From the NCBI GenBank assembly GCA_031459535.1, contig JAVKIJ010000055.1, forward strand, positions 1-21,267: 21,267 bases of DNA, given 5' to 3'. The notes under the pieces were generated by a model. That model saw only the letters and a program-made list of their open reading frames with translations, was not told the origin of the DNA and did no database searches. Positions 8,013 through 16,617 of the stretch are shown here, piece by piece. Position numbers and translations under genes: made by a program. How positions within the stretch are numbered: the stretch's first letter is position 1; each line of letters opens with the position of its first letter. Source of the DNA: Candidatus Fervidifonticultor quintus (lineage in GTDB: Bacteria; Sysuimicrobiota; Sysuimicrobiia; Sysuimicrobiales; Humicultoraceae).

Positions 8013-9190
8013 GGGAGGCGCGCCAGATAGCGCTCCAGCCGGCGCAGGCTGTCCAGATTGTGGGCGGGCGCGAAGACGTCCACATAGGGCAGGGCGACCC
8101 GCATGCCCTGACAGATGGGTTCGTAGCCCGGGCTGGCCAGCAGCGGGTTCAGCCAGATGACGCGGGCGGCACGGCGCTGCAGTTCGGCCATGGTGGCCTG
8201 GAGCACCTCTGCCTCACCGGTATCCCAGCCGTCGCTGATGATGATGGCGACCGTGCGACGATCGAGGGTGCCGCCGTACTCGTCGAGAAATGCGCGCAGG
8301 CTCCGGCCGATCTTGGTGCCGCCCGACCAGTCGGGCACACGACGGGCGATCTCGTCCAGGGCCGCGTGGAGGTCATCCTGCTCCAGGGAGGCCGTGATGC
8401 GGTGGAGCCCGGTGCTGAACACGAAGGTCTCGACCTTGCCGATCGCGTGCTGCAGCGCGTAGATGAACTGGATCAGGAAGCGGCTGTAGAGATCCATGGA
8501 GCCGCTCACGTCGCAGAGCAGCACGATCCGCGTCTTCTGGATCTTGCGCTCTCGGCGCAGGATCTCCACGATCTCACCGCCGCGTCGCAGGCTCCACCGG
8601 ATCGTCCGGCGCAGGTCGACCAGGTGGCCGCGTCTGGCGTGGCGCGTCCGGCGCGACAGGCGTGTGGCCACCCGGCGGGCGATGGCCACGACGATGGTGG
8701 TGATGGCGTCGAGTTCGTCGGCTGTAAAGGCGCTGAAGTCCTTGTGCGTCAATACCTCGATCGGGCTGTAGGCCGGCACCTGTTCGCCGTCCTCGGCCTC
8801 GTCGGCGTCCGCCCCCCACTCGGCCAGAATCCGCTCGAGCGCCGCCTCCCCGTCCAGCGCCAGGGTCCGCTCGGGCGCAGGCGCGGCCGGCTGCCCGTTC
8901 TGCGGCGGCCCCCAGAATTCCCAGAACGTGGCGTCGAAGACCCGCTGCTCATCCGGGCCGGAGGCCAGCACGGCCCGTAGCGCCAGGTAGACCTCCCATC
9001 GGTCGGCCAGGTCCACGGCCGCCAGCGCCCGCAGCGCGTCGGCGGCCTCGCGCGGGCCGACCCTCACACCCCGGTGTCGCAACAACCGGCAGAAGCCCAC
9101 GACGTTGGCGACCAGGTCGCCGTGCCGTGGACGACCTACTGCCTGGTCCGGAGCCGGTCGGCCGTTCTGGCGACGACCTCCTGGGACCAC
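8009..9190 (-). CDS. coxE: CoxE-like VWA domain protein
   Basis: MIDAS motif DVSGSM, WSGGTKIG, IISDGWD, WLNP, and N-terminal F-x-R-x-LR-x-x-G. Start placed at GTG 9190 behind a GGAGGAGGAG SD; the start is uncertain. Confidence 0.87.
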   Translation of the reverse strand: MVPGGRRQNGRPAPDQAVGRPRHGDLVANVVGFCRLLRHRGVRVGPREAADALRALAAVDLADRWEVYLALRAVLASGPDEQRVFDATFWEFWGPPQNGQPAAPAPERTLALDGEAALERILAEWGADADEAEDGEQVPAYSPIEVLTHKDFSAFTADELDAITTIVVAIARRVATRLSRRTRHARRGHLVDLRRTIRWSLRRGGEIVEILRRERKIQKTRIVLLCDVSGSMDLYSRFLIQFIYALQHAIGKVETFVFSTGLHRITASLEQDDLHAALDEIARRVPDWSGGTKIGRSLRAFLDEYGGTLDRRTVAIIISDGWDTGEAEVLQATMAELQRRAARVIWLNPLLASPGYEPICQGMRVALPYVDVFAPAHNLDSLRRLERYLARLP

Positions 9191-10086
9191 TCCTGTTGCT
9201 CCTCCTCCAGCGCCCGCAGGCCGTCGAGGATGCTTTCCAGCCACTGGGCCCGCACCGCACCGGCGTCGTCGTTGTGCTTGAACAGCACGCCCAGTGTCTC
9301 TTCGACGGCCTCGCGGTCGAGGTGATCGCGGTGCAGGGCGATCAACGCCGCACTCCAGTCCAGCGTCTCGGCGACACCCGGCGTCTTCTCCAGCCGCAGC
9401 CTCCGCACCATCTGCATGAACGCAGAGATCTGACGGGCGAGGCGGTCACCCACCCCCGGCACCTTGCGGCGGACGATCTCCAGCTCTTTCTCGAAGGTCG
9501 GATAGTCGATCCACAGGTACAGGCACCGGCGCCGCAGGGCGTCGCCGAGCTCGCGGGTGCGGTTGCTGGTGAGCACCACGTGGGGGATCGAGGCGGCCCG
9601 GATGGTGCCGATCTCGGGGATCGACACCTGAAAGTCCGAGAGCACCTCGAGCAAGAACGCCTCGAACTCCTCGTCGGCCCGGTCAATCTCGTCCACCAGG
9701 AGCACCGGCGCCTGCGAGCGCGTGATGGCATCGAGCAAGGGACGCCGCAGGAGGAACGCCTCGCTGAAGATCTCGGCCTCGCGTTCGGCCACGGGCCGAT
9801 CGCTGCCCTCCAGCAAGCGGATGTGGAGCAACTGCTTCTGGTAGTTCCACTCGTACAGCGCCGTGGTGGCATCCAGCCCTTCATAGCACTGCAGCCGGAT
9901 GAGGTCCGTCCCCAGCGCCCGCGCCATCACCTTGGCTACCTCGGTCTTGCCCACGCCGGCGGCACCCTCGATGAGCAGCGGCTTGCGCAGCGCGATGGAC
10001 AGGTAGACGCTGGTGGCGATGGTGCGATCGGCCACGTAGCCCCCTCCAGCGAGCAGTTCCTGGATCCGGTTGATCTCCGGGCGCAT
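9136..10086 (-). CDS. coxD: CoxD-like MoxR AAA+ ATPase
   Basis: Walker A GAAGVGKT, RLQCYEGLD, LYEWNY, Walker B LLVDEID, LTSNRTRE, DALRRRC. GGAG SD before ATG 10086. Confidence 0.92.
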   Translation of the reverse strand: MRPEINRIQELLAGGGYVADRTIATSVYLSIALRKPLLIEGAAGVGKTEVAKVMARALGTDLIRLQCYEGLDATTALYEWNYQKQLLHIRLLEGSDRPVAEREAEIFSEAFLLRRPLLDAITRSQAPVLLVDEIDRADEEFEAFLLEVLSDFQVSIPEIGTIRAASIPHVVLTSNRTRELGDALRRRCLYLWIDYPTFEKELEIVRRKVPGVGDRLARQISAFMQMVRRLRLEKTPGVAETLDWSAALIALHRDHLDREAVEETLGVLFKHNDDAGAVRAQWLESILDGLRALEEEQQEWSQEVVARTADRLRTRQ

Positions 10087-10154
10087 ACCCTGCTCCAGTG
10101 TCACGCGGCGCAGCGGCGAGGAGCCAGCCTGGCGCGTCCTCGAACGCAAGTCCT

Positions 10155-10183
10155 ATCTTACGAAGATCGCTCTGGGGTGTCCA
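10155..10183 (-). promoter_or_regulatory. Putative sigma70-type internal promoter upstream of coxD
   Basis: -35 TGGACA (10183-10178), 17-nt spacer, -10 TAAGAT (10160-10155), inside the 121-bp gap between the coxM-like gene and coxD. Confidence 0.55.
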
Positions 10184-10207
10184 TGCACGGGGTCGGCGCG
10201 GCCCGTC

Positions 10208-11095
10208 CTAGCGGGCCGTGCGCCAGCGATGGCTGGCGCGCTCGGAGGCGACAGCCAGCGCCCGCCGCGTCAGCACCCGGGCCAGGTGGAGACGGTACTC
10301 GGCACTGGCGTGCAGATCCTCGTTGGCCTCGACGCCGTCGGCGGCGGCCGCCGCAGCCTCGGCCAAGCAGTCGGCCGAAGGCTCCGCACCGGTCAGCGCG
10401 GCCTCCACGCCCCAGGCGCGGTACGGCGTGGCTGCCACGCCGGTGATCCCCACCCGCACGTCGGCACAGCGGCCAGCCTCGTCCAGGCCGACGACGGCCG
10501 CCACCCCGCAGATCGCAAACCCTGAGGCGGGGTTCGCCATCTTCTGGTAGCACGACCCCACGCGGCCGGTGCGGACCGGGATACTGACCTCGGTGATCAG
10601 CTCGCCGGGCGCCGCCGCGGTGGTCATGATGCCCTGGAAGAACTGCGCGGCGGGGACGGTTCGGGTGCCGCCGGGCCCGGCGAGTGCGATCTCCGCGTCC
10701 AGGGCCAGCACCGCCGCCGGGTAGTCGGCCGCCGGATCGGCATGGGCCAGGGCGCCGCCGATGGTACCCAGATTCCTGACCTGGACATCGCCGATAACCG
10801 CAGCGGTCTCCGCCAGAACGGGTGCCGCGCGGCGCACGACGGCCGAGGACTCAATCATCCAGTGGGTGACCAGCGCGCCGAGATGGAGCCGACCGCGGCG
10901 CATGCGGATCCGCCGCAAGGCCGCGATGCGGCCGATGTCCACGATGTGCGCGGGCTCCACGACGCGCAGCTTCATCATCGGCAGCAGGCTCTGACCACCC
11001 GCCAGGACCTTCGCGTCCGGACCGTGGGTGGCCAACAGTCTCAGCGCTGCTCCCACCGTCCGCGGACGATGATACGTGAACGCCGCCGGGATCAT
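10208..11095 (-). CDS. Mo-hydroxylase FAD-binding medium subunit (CoxM/CutM-like), copy 1
   Basis: MIPAAFTYHRP, LAGGQSLLPMMKLR, QVRNLGTIGG..HADPAADYP and D..ASAEYR motifs. ATGA overlap with coxG. Confidence 0.92.
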   Translation of the reverse strand: MIPAAFTYHRPRTVGAALRLLATHGPDAKVLAGGQSLLPMMKLRVVEPAHIVDIGRIAALRRIRMRRGRLHLGALVTHWMIESSAVVRRAAPVLAETAAVIGDVQVRNLGTIGGALAHADPAADYPAAVLALDAEIALAGPGGTRTVPAAQFFQGIMTTAAAPGELITEVSIPVRTGRVGSCYQKMANPASGFAICGVAAVVGLDEAGRCADVRVGITGVAATPYRAWGVEAALTGAEPSADCLAEAAAAAADGVEANEDLHASAEYRLHLARVLTRRALAVASERASHRWRTAR

Positions 11096-11538
11096 ACGCC
11101 TCCTCGCTGCAGATGCTGCTCAACGGCCTTGAAGAACTGAGCGGCGAGCTGCTTGGCCACCCCGCCGAAGAGCCGGTGACCCACGCTCATGAGCACACCG
11201 GTGACCTGGACATCGCCCGCGTACCGAACGAGGGTGCCGTGGCCCTGGGCTTCCAGGGTCAACGCGCCGGTGGCCTTGATGGTGCCCGGGCGGCCGCTTC
11301 CCTCCACGACGATCGTCATCTTCTCCGGCGGTGTCTTGTCCGTGATGCGGGCTGTCCCCTGATAGGACCCCTTGACGGGCCCCACCGCCAGCTCGATGGT
11401 GGCGTCGTAGGCGTCATCGCCCCGCGGGCTCAAGGCCTTGAGGCCCGGGATTGACCTGGTGAGCACGCCTGGATCGTTCAACGCCATCCACACCTGCTCC
11501 CGGGATGCTGAGAGCGCGTGCTGCCCTTCGATCTTCAT
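11092..11538 (-). CDS. coxG: CoxG / SRPBCC family protein
   Basis: MKIEG..VW..LNDP..L...IPG, VGPVKG.Y.G and G.L..VG.RL motifs. G-rich SD (GAGGGG) before ATG 11538. No C-terminal membrane anchor. Confidence 0.85.
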   Translation of the reverse strand: MKIEGQHALSASREQVWMALNDPGVLTRSIPGLKALSPRGDDAYDATIELAVGPVKGSYQGTARITDKTPPEKMTIVVEGSGRPGTIKATGALTLEAQGHGTLVRYAGDVQVTGVLMSVGHRLFGGVAKQLAAQFFKAVEQHLQRGGV

Positions 11539-11666
11539 GCCCGCCCCCCTCGAGAGGATCGGAGCGACCGGCGGTCCGGGTGCGCCCGTCCCCTTTCTTG
11601 GCTGCCCGGCCCGGCGCGTCCTGCGAACCGGGCGATCTGCCTGGTGTACGGTCTCGCCATCGCGGC

Positions 11667-12602
11667 TCAACGGATGGCCGAATACGCTGTCAGTAACACC
11701 GCGGCCATGATCCCTGCGGCGACGATGCTCACGACCCAGCTCGCCGGGATCATCCAGAAGATGCGACGATTGACGGCCACGGTACCCTTCGTGAGGCCGA
11801 CCCCAACCACCGCGCCGACGATCGCCTGCGACGTGGAGACCGGGACGCCCAGTTGCGTGAACAGGTGGACCGTGAGCGCCGTGCCCAGGGCGGCCACCAG
11901 GGCGGAGATGGGGTCGAGGGCGGTGATCTGCCTGCCCACCGTCAGCATCACCGGCAGGCTGTAGGTCAGCACCCCAGCGGCGATGGCCAGACCGCCGAGC
12001 AGCGCGCCCAGCGACGGCTCCACGACCCCCACGGCCACGAACGGGGCCATGGCGTTGCCCACGTTGTTGGACCCGAGCGCATACGCCCCGTAGCAGCCGA
12101 CGACGATGGCGCCGGCGCGGACCGTGCGTTGAAACGCGATGAGGCTGCCCAGCCGGCCCGCAGACAGGGTCGACAGCAGGCGGTAGAGGACATAGGCGAT
12201 CACGCCGGCACCGACGGGCGCAGTCAGCATCGAGACCACGATCCGCACCGCGGGCGAGAGGCTGATCGCCCTGCCGCCGGCGACGCCCACGGCAACCAGC
12301 GCGCCGAAAATGGCGTGCGACGTCGAGACCGGCATGCCCAGGCCGGTCATGACGTGCACCGAGACCGCGGCCGCCAGGGCGGCGACCACGCTCATCTCCA
12401 CGCTGAGCGCCGTGAGCCGGCCGAGGGTGGGAAAGACCTTCTCGCCTTCGACGATGGCTCCCGTCAGGGCGAAGAGGGCGGCCAGCGCCACCGCGCGCCG
12501 GTACGAAATGATGTTGGCACCGACCTGGGGGCCAAAGGTATTGGCCGCGTCGTTGGCACCAATCCCCCACCCCAGGTAGAGCCCGGGTAGCAGTGCCAGC
12601 AT
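11667..12602 (-). CDS. PiT family inorganic phosphate/anion transporter
   Basis: GWGIGANDAAN and GSNNVGN signature repeats, two G.PVSTS(H/Q) motifs, multiple TM helices, directly downstream of a DUF47 gene. Confidence 0.9.
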   Translation of the reverse strand: MLALLPGLYLGWGIGANDAANTFGPQVGANIISYRRAVALAALFALTGAIVEGEKVFPTLGRLTALSVEMSVVAALAAAVSVHVMTGLGMPVSTSHAIFGALVAVGVAGGRAISLSPAVRIVVSMLTAPVGAGVIAYVLYRLLSTLSAGRLGSLIAFQRTVRAGAIVVGCYGAYALGSNNVGNAMAPFVAVGVVEPSLGALLGGLAIAAGVLTYSLPVMLTVGRQITALDPISALVAALGTALTVHLFTQLGVPVSTSQAIVGAVVGVGLTKGTVAVNRRIFWMIPASWVVSIVAAGIMAAVLLTAYSAIR

Positions 12603-12604
12603 GA

Positions 12605-13273
12605 CTACAGACCGGTGCCGATGTGGAGGAGTTCGAGGCGGTCGCCCGTGTCCTCGATCTGGTCCGAGATCTCCGTCAGCGTCTCGATGAACTGGTTAAT
12701 GTGGATCTTGGACGCCAGCGGCAGGTTCGAGGTGAACACCTCACGGGTCAGCTTCCACTCCATGTCGTCGATGTCGGACTCGGTGACGCCTACCACCTTG
12801 AGCTTCTCCCGGATGACCCGTTCGTCACCTGTCGAGAAGAACGTGGTCACGGCGTCGTGCAGCGCGCGGAACGCTTCCTGGGTGCGGATCGGGATCTGGC
12901 GCAGGTGCTCGGCGAACTCGGCTGGAAGCTCGGGCCGCTGGCCCAGCAGAAAGTCGCAGGTCTCCTCGGCGCGGTCGGCAATCCGGTCCAGTTGCTCGAC
13001 GAACTCGTGGATGTCGGAGCGGAAGATGGGCAGGAAGGCGCCGCGGTAGAGCAGGTCGCTCACCGACCGGCGCATGCGATCGGCGTCGGTCTCGAGCTGG
13101 TCCACGTTGATGGCCCCAGCCTTGGCGGCCTCCAGCCGGCCGGCCAGGTAGTCATCCAGGACCTCCTGCGTGCGCGCCACCACCTCCCCCACCTTGTCGA
13201 GATGCTGGAGGATGAGGGTGCGGACCTCCCTTTCTCGGCCGTGCCCGAACAGGAACTGCACTGCGCGCGCCAT
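12605..13273 (-). CDS. DUF47 / TIGR00153 PhoU-like Pit accessory protein
   Basis: Repeated E..AD / E..ID motifs, GAFLPIFRSDI, D.IAD.AE and ISD.IED. GGAGG SD before ATG 13273; 2 bp from pit. Confidence 0.88.
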   Translation of the reverse strand: MARAVQFLFGHGREREVRTLILQHLDKVGEVVARTQEVLDDYLAGRLEAAKAGAINVDQLETDADRMRRSVSDLLYRGAFLPIFRSDIHEFVEQLDRIADRAEETCDFLLGQRPELPAEFAEHLRQIPIRTQEAFRALHDAVTTFFSTGDERVIREKLKVVGVTESDIDDMEWKLTREVFTSNLPLASKIHINQFIETLTEISDQIEDTGDRLELLHIGTGL

Positions 13274-13369
13274 CAGCGTCCCTCCATGATCCTCCCCCGG
13301 TCTTCGGCAGTCAGCGGAGCTGCCCCTGCGGGAGGAGCGCCCGCTGGGCGCCACGAACGTGATCATCCC

Positions 13370-15748
13370 ATGGGTACCCGTTACTTCGGCGAGCGCGTCG
13401 CGCGCCGGGAAGACCCGCGCCTGCTGACCGGCCGAGGGACCTACGTCGACGATGTGCAGCCGCCCCATCTACTGCATGCCGCGGTGCTGCGCAGCCCGCA
13501 TGCGCGTGCCCGCATCAGGCGCATCGACACCAGCCGTGCCGCCGCCATACCCGGGGTGGCGCTCGTGCTCACCCACGCAGACCTGCCGGCGGCACTGCAG
13601 GCCCCGCTGCCGAAGCTGATCGCGCACCCCAGCCTGATCCACCACAAGACGCAGTACGCGCTGGCGCCGGGACAGGTGCGGCACGTGGGTGAACCGGTCG
13701 CCTTCGTGGTTGCCGATAGCCGGTATCGGGCCGAAGACGCCCTGGACGCCATCGAGGTGGACTACGAGGTGCTGCCCGCGGTCACCGACCTCGAGGCCGC
13801 CGTGCGGCCGGGGGGCCCGCTGGTGCACGAGGACATGGGCACCAACGTCTGCGCGGAGTACACGCAGCGGGTGGGCGACCCGGACGCGGCCTTCGCCCGG
13901 GCCCCGCACGTCTTCCGCGAACGCCTGCGGATGGATCGGGGGACCGCTGCGCCCATGGAAACCCGCGGCGTTGTCGCCATCTGGGATCCCCGCATGCGCG
14001 ACCTGGTGGTGTATGACTCCACGCAGGCGCCGATCCGCATCCGCAACTATCTGGCGGCCCTGCTGGGCCTGCCCCAGGGCAGCGTCCGTGTCATCGCGCC
14101 GGACGTGGGCGGTGGCTTCGGGCCCAAGATCATGATGTGCTACCCGGAAGAGGTGCTGACCACACACGCCGCCATGCGCCTGGGCCGGCCGGTCAAGTGG
14201 ATCGAAGACCGGCGCGAGTGCTTCATGGCCATGAACCAGGAGCGCGAGCAGATCCACGACGCCGAGATCGCCGTCGACGACGACGGCCGGATCCTGGCAG
14301 TGCGCACGCGCTTCCTCTATGATTCGGGCGCCTACATCCCCTACGGCATCATCGTGCCCATCGTGACCAGCACCCAGCTTCCCGGGCCGTACCGGATCCC
14401 CAACTATGAGTGCACGTTCAAGGCCGTCTTCACCAACAAGGTCATCGTGAGTCCCTACCGCGGCGCGGGTCGGCCGCACGGCTGCTTTGTGATGGAGCGC
14501 CTGATCGAACGTGTGGCGCGGGAGCTGCACATCGACCGGGCGGAGGTGCGCCGCCGCAACTTCATCCAGCCCCACGAGTTTCCCTATGACACCGGCCTGA
14601 TCTTCCAGGACAACGCGCCGCTCATCTACGACAGCGGCAACTACCCCGCGGTCTTCGAGCGCGCCCTGGAGATGATCGGTTATGCCGACTGGCCGGCGCG
14701 GAAGGCCGCGGCCGCCGCGGCGGGCCGGACCCTGGGCCTGGGCTTCGCGTGCTACGTCGAGGGGACCGGCATCGGGCCCTACGAGGGGTGCCGCGTGACC
14801 GTGGAGCCCACCGGCAAGGTGTTCGCGGCCACCAGCGTCGGCACCCAGGGGCAGGGCCACTACACCTCGTTCGCGCAGATCGTGGCCGATGCCCTCGGGG
14901 TGGACGTGGGTGATGTCACCATCACCACCGGGGACTCCGGCGCGTTCGGGTGGGGCACCGGGACGTTTGCCAGCCGGGCGGCAGTGGTCGCCGGCAACGC
15001 GGTGGGGTTGGCGGCCCAGGCCGTGCGGCAGAAGGCGCTGATGGTGGCCGCGGCCCTGCTGGAGGCGCACCCCGACGATCTGGAGCTGGCCGGGGGGCGG
15101 GTGTTCGTCCGGGGCTCGCCCGGCCGCTCGGTGACGCTGGGCCAGGTGGCAGCGGCGGCTGACCCGCTGCGGGGCACGATCCCGCCCCAGTGGGAAGGGC
15201 CGGGTCTGGAGGCTACCCGCTATTTCGCGCCGCCGCGCGGCACCTTTGCCGCGGGCTGTCATGCCGCCATCATCGAGATCGACCGGGGCACCGGCGCCGT
15301 GCGCATCCTCAAGTACGTGGTCGTGCACGACTGCGGGAAGATCATCAACCCCCTCATCCTCGAAGGACAGATCCAGGGCGGCGTCGCCCAGGGCATCGGC
15401 GGCGCGTTCTACGAGAAGCTGGTCTATGACGAAAGCGGCCAACTCCTGACTCAGACGTTCATGGACTACCTGCTGCCCACCATTGCCGAGGTCCCGAAGG
15501 TGGAGATCGGGCACGTGGAGACGCCTTCGCCGCTGAACCCGCTGGGAGTCAAAGGCGCGGGTGAGGCCGGTGTGATCCCGGTACCGGCGGTGTTCGCCTC
15601 GGCGATCGACGACGCGCTCGGTGTGCGGATCGCGCAGATGCCTCTCTCGCACAGCGCGCTGCTGGAGATGGTGCTCGACCACGAGGCTGCGGCGGTCCCG
15701 GTGGCCGCGGCCGGCGACGCGGCCGCAGCCCGGGGGGGCGACCCGTGA
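13370..15748 (+). CDS. Xanthine dehydrogenase family molybdopterin-binding large subunit (form II CoxL/CutA-like; substrate unknown)
   Basis: R.ED.RLLTG.G.YVDD, RSPHARA, PMETRG, DVGGGFGPK, PYRGAGR, QGQGH, GTFASR, GQIQGG..QGIG and KGAGE (catalytic Glu). Confidence 0.93.
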   Translation: MGTRYFGERVARREDPRLLTGRGTYVDDVQPPHLLHAAVLRSPHARARIRRIDTSRAAAIPGVALVLTHADLPAALQAPLPKLIAHPSLIHHKTQYALAPGQVRHVGEPVAFVVADSRYRAEDALDAIEVDYEVLPAVTDLEAAVRPGGPLVHEDMGTNVCAEYTQRVGDPDAAFARAPHVFRERLRMDRGTAAPMETRGVVAIWDPRMRDLVVYDSTQAPIRIRNYLAALLGLPQGSVRVIAPDVGGGFGPKIMMCYPEEVLTTHAAMRLGRPVKWIEDRRECFMAMNQEREQIHDAEIAVDDDGRILAVRTRFLYDSGAYIPYGIIVPIVTSTQLPGPYRIPNYECTFKAVFTNKVIVSPYRGAGRPHGCFVMERLIERVARELHIDRAEVRRRNFIQPHEFPYDTGLIFQDNAPLIYDSGNYPAVFERALEMIGYADWPARKAAAAAAGRTLGLGFACYVEGTGIGPYEGCRVTVEPTGKVFAATSVGTQGQGHYTSFAQIVADALGVDVGDVTITTGDSGAFGWGTGTFASRAAVVAGNAVGLAAQAVRQKALMVAAALLEAHPDDLELAGGRVFVRGSPGRSVTLGQVAAAADPLRGTIPPQWEGPGLEATRYFAPPRGTFAAGCHAAIIEIDRGTGAVRILKYVVVHDCGKIINPLILEGQIQGGVAQGIGGAFYEKLVYDESGQLLTQTFMDYLLPTIAEVPKVEIGHVETPSPLNPLGVKGAGEAGVIPVPAVFASAIDDALGVRIAQMPLSHSALLEMVLDHEAAAVPVAAAGDAAAARGGDP

Positions 15749-16617
15749 AGGCGGCGCCCTTCGGGTATCTGGCACCGGCCGGCCGCGAAGAAGCCCTCTG
15801 GGCGCTCCGACGGTACGGCGCCGACGCCAAGGTGCTCGCCGGCGGCCAGAGCCTGGTGCCGCTGCTGGCCATGCGCCTGGCGAGGCCGGCGGTCGTAGTG
15901 GACCTGAATCGTATTGCCGATCTGGCCTATGTGCGACCTGTGGACGGGGGCCTCGCCATCGGCGCGATGACGCGGCAGCGGACCGTAGAGCACGATCCGC
16001 AGGTGGCCGCGCAGGCCCCGTTGTTGCGCGAGGCGGTGCGGTGGGTGGGACATCCCCAGATCCGCAACCGGGGCACGGTCGGCGGCAGCCTGGCCCACGC
16101 CGATCCTGCGGCCGAACTGCCCGCGGTGGCGGTCGTCCTCGATGCCCAGTTGGTGCTGGCCAACGCCCGGAGAACGCGCACGGTGGCGGCCAGCGATTTC
16201 TTCACCGGGTATCTGACCACGGCGCTGGAGCCCGACGAGCTGCTCGTCGAGATCCGGGTGCCAGCGCTGCCTGCTGACGCCGGGTGGGCGTTCCTCGAGG
16301 TCGCGCGGCGTCATGGCGACTTCGCGCTGGTCGGCGTGGCCGCCCTGCTGCGCCGCGACGCCGGGGGCCGCATCAGCGACGCCCGGCTGGCCGTCGTGGG
16401 CGTGGGTCACGGGCCGGTCCGGGTGCCCGACGCCGAGCAGGCCTTGGTGGGCAGGCAGGCGAGCGCAGCCGTAGCCAGCGAGGTCGGCCGCCTGGTCGAG
16501 GGTGCCCTCGACCCTCCGGACGACATCCACGCCACGGCCCGCTACCGGCGTCATGTGGCCGGCGTGCTCGCCGCGCGGGCCGTCGTTGAGGCCTACGGCC
16601 GCATGGAGGCTGCCTGA
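15745..16617 (+). CDS. Mo-hydroxylase FAD-binding medium subunit (CoxM/CutM-like), copy 2
   Basis: MKAAPFGY, LAGGQSLVP, IRNRGTVGGSLAHADPAAE and RRHGDFA motifs. GTGA overlap with the large subunit. Confidence 0.92.
   Translation: MKAAPFGYLAPAGREEALWALRRYGADAKVLAGGQSLVPLLAMRLARPAVVVDLNRIADLAYVRPVDGGLAIGAMTRQRTVEHDPQVAAQAPLLREAVRWVGHPQIRNRGTVGGSLAHADPAAELPAVAVVLDAQLVLANARRTRTVAASDFFTGYLTTALEPDELLVEIRVPALPADAGWAFLEVARRHGDFALVGVAALLRRDAGGRISDARLAVVGVGHGPVRVPDAEQALVGRQASAAVASEVGRLVEGALDPPDDIHATARYRRHVAGVLAARAVVEAYGRMEAA

Noticed and set aside
11539-12570. Apparent 492-aa extended CoxG
   Set aside because: The extension is an Arg/Gly-rich alternative frame of pit. CoxG begins at ATG 11538 with its own SD.
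12623-13369. N-terminal extension making the large subunit 1041 aa
   Set aside because: It is the antisense frame of DUF47; family-like sequence begins at ATG 13370.
13469-15775. Long antisense ORFs (e.g. 768 aa opposite the large subunit, 526 aa at 19629-21209, 477 aa at 1526-2959)
   Set aside because: Shadow ORFs produced by GC-rich codon bias; no recognisable motifs.
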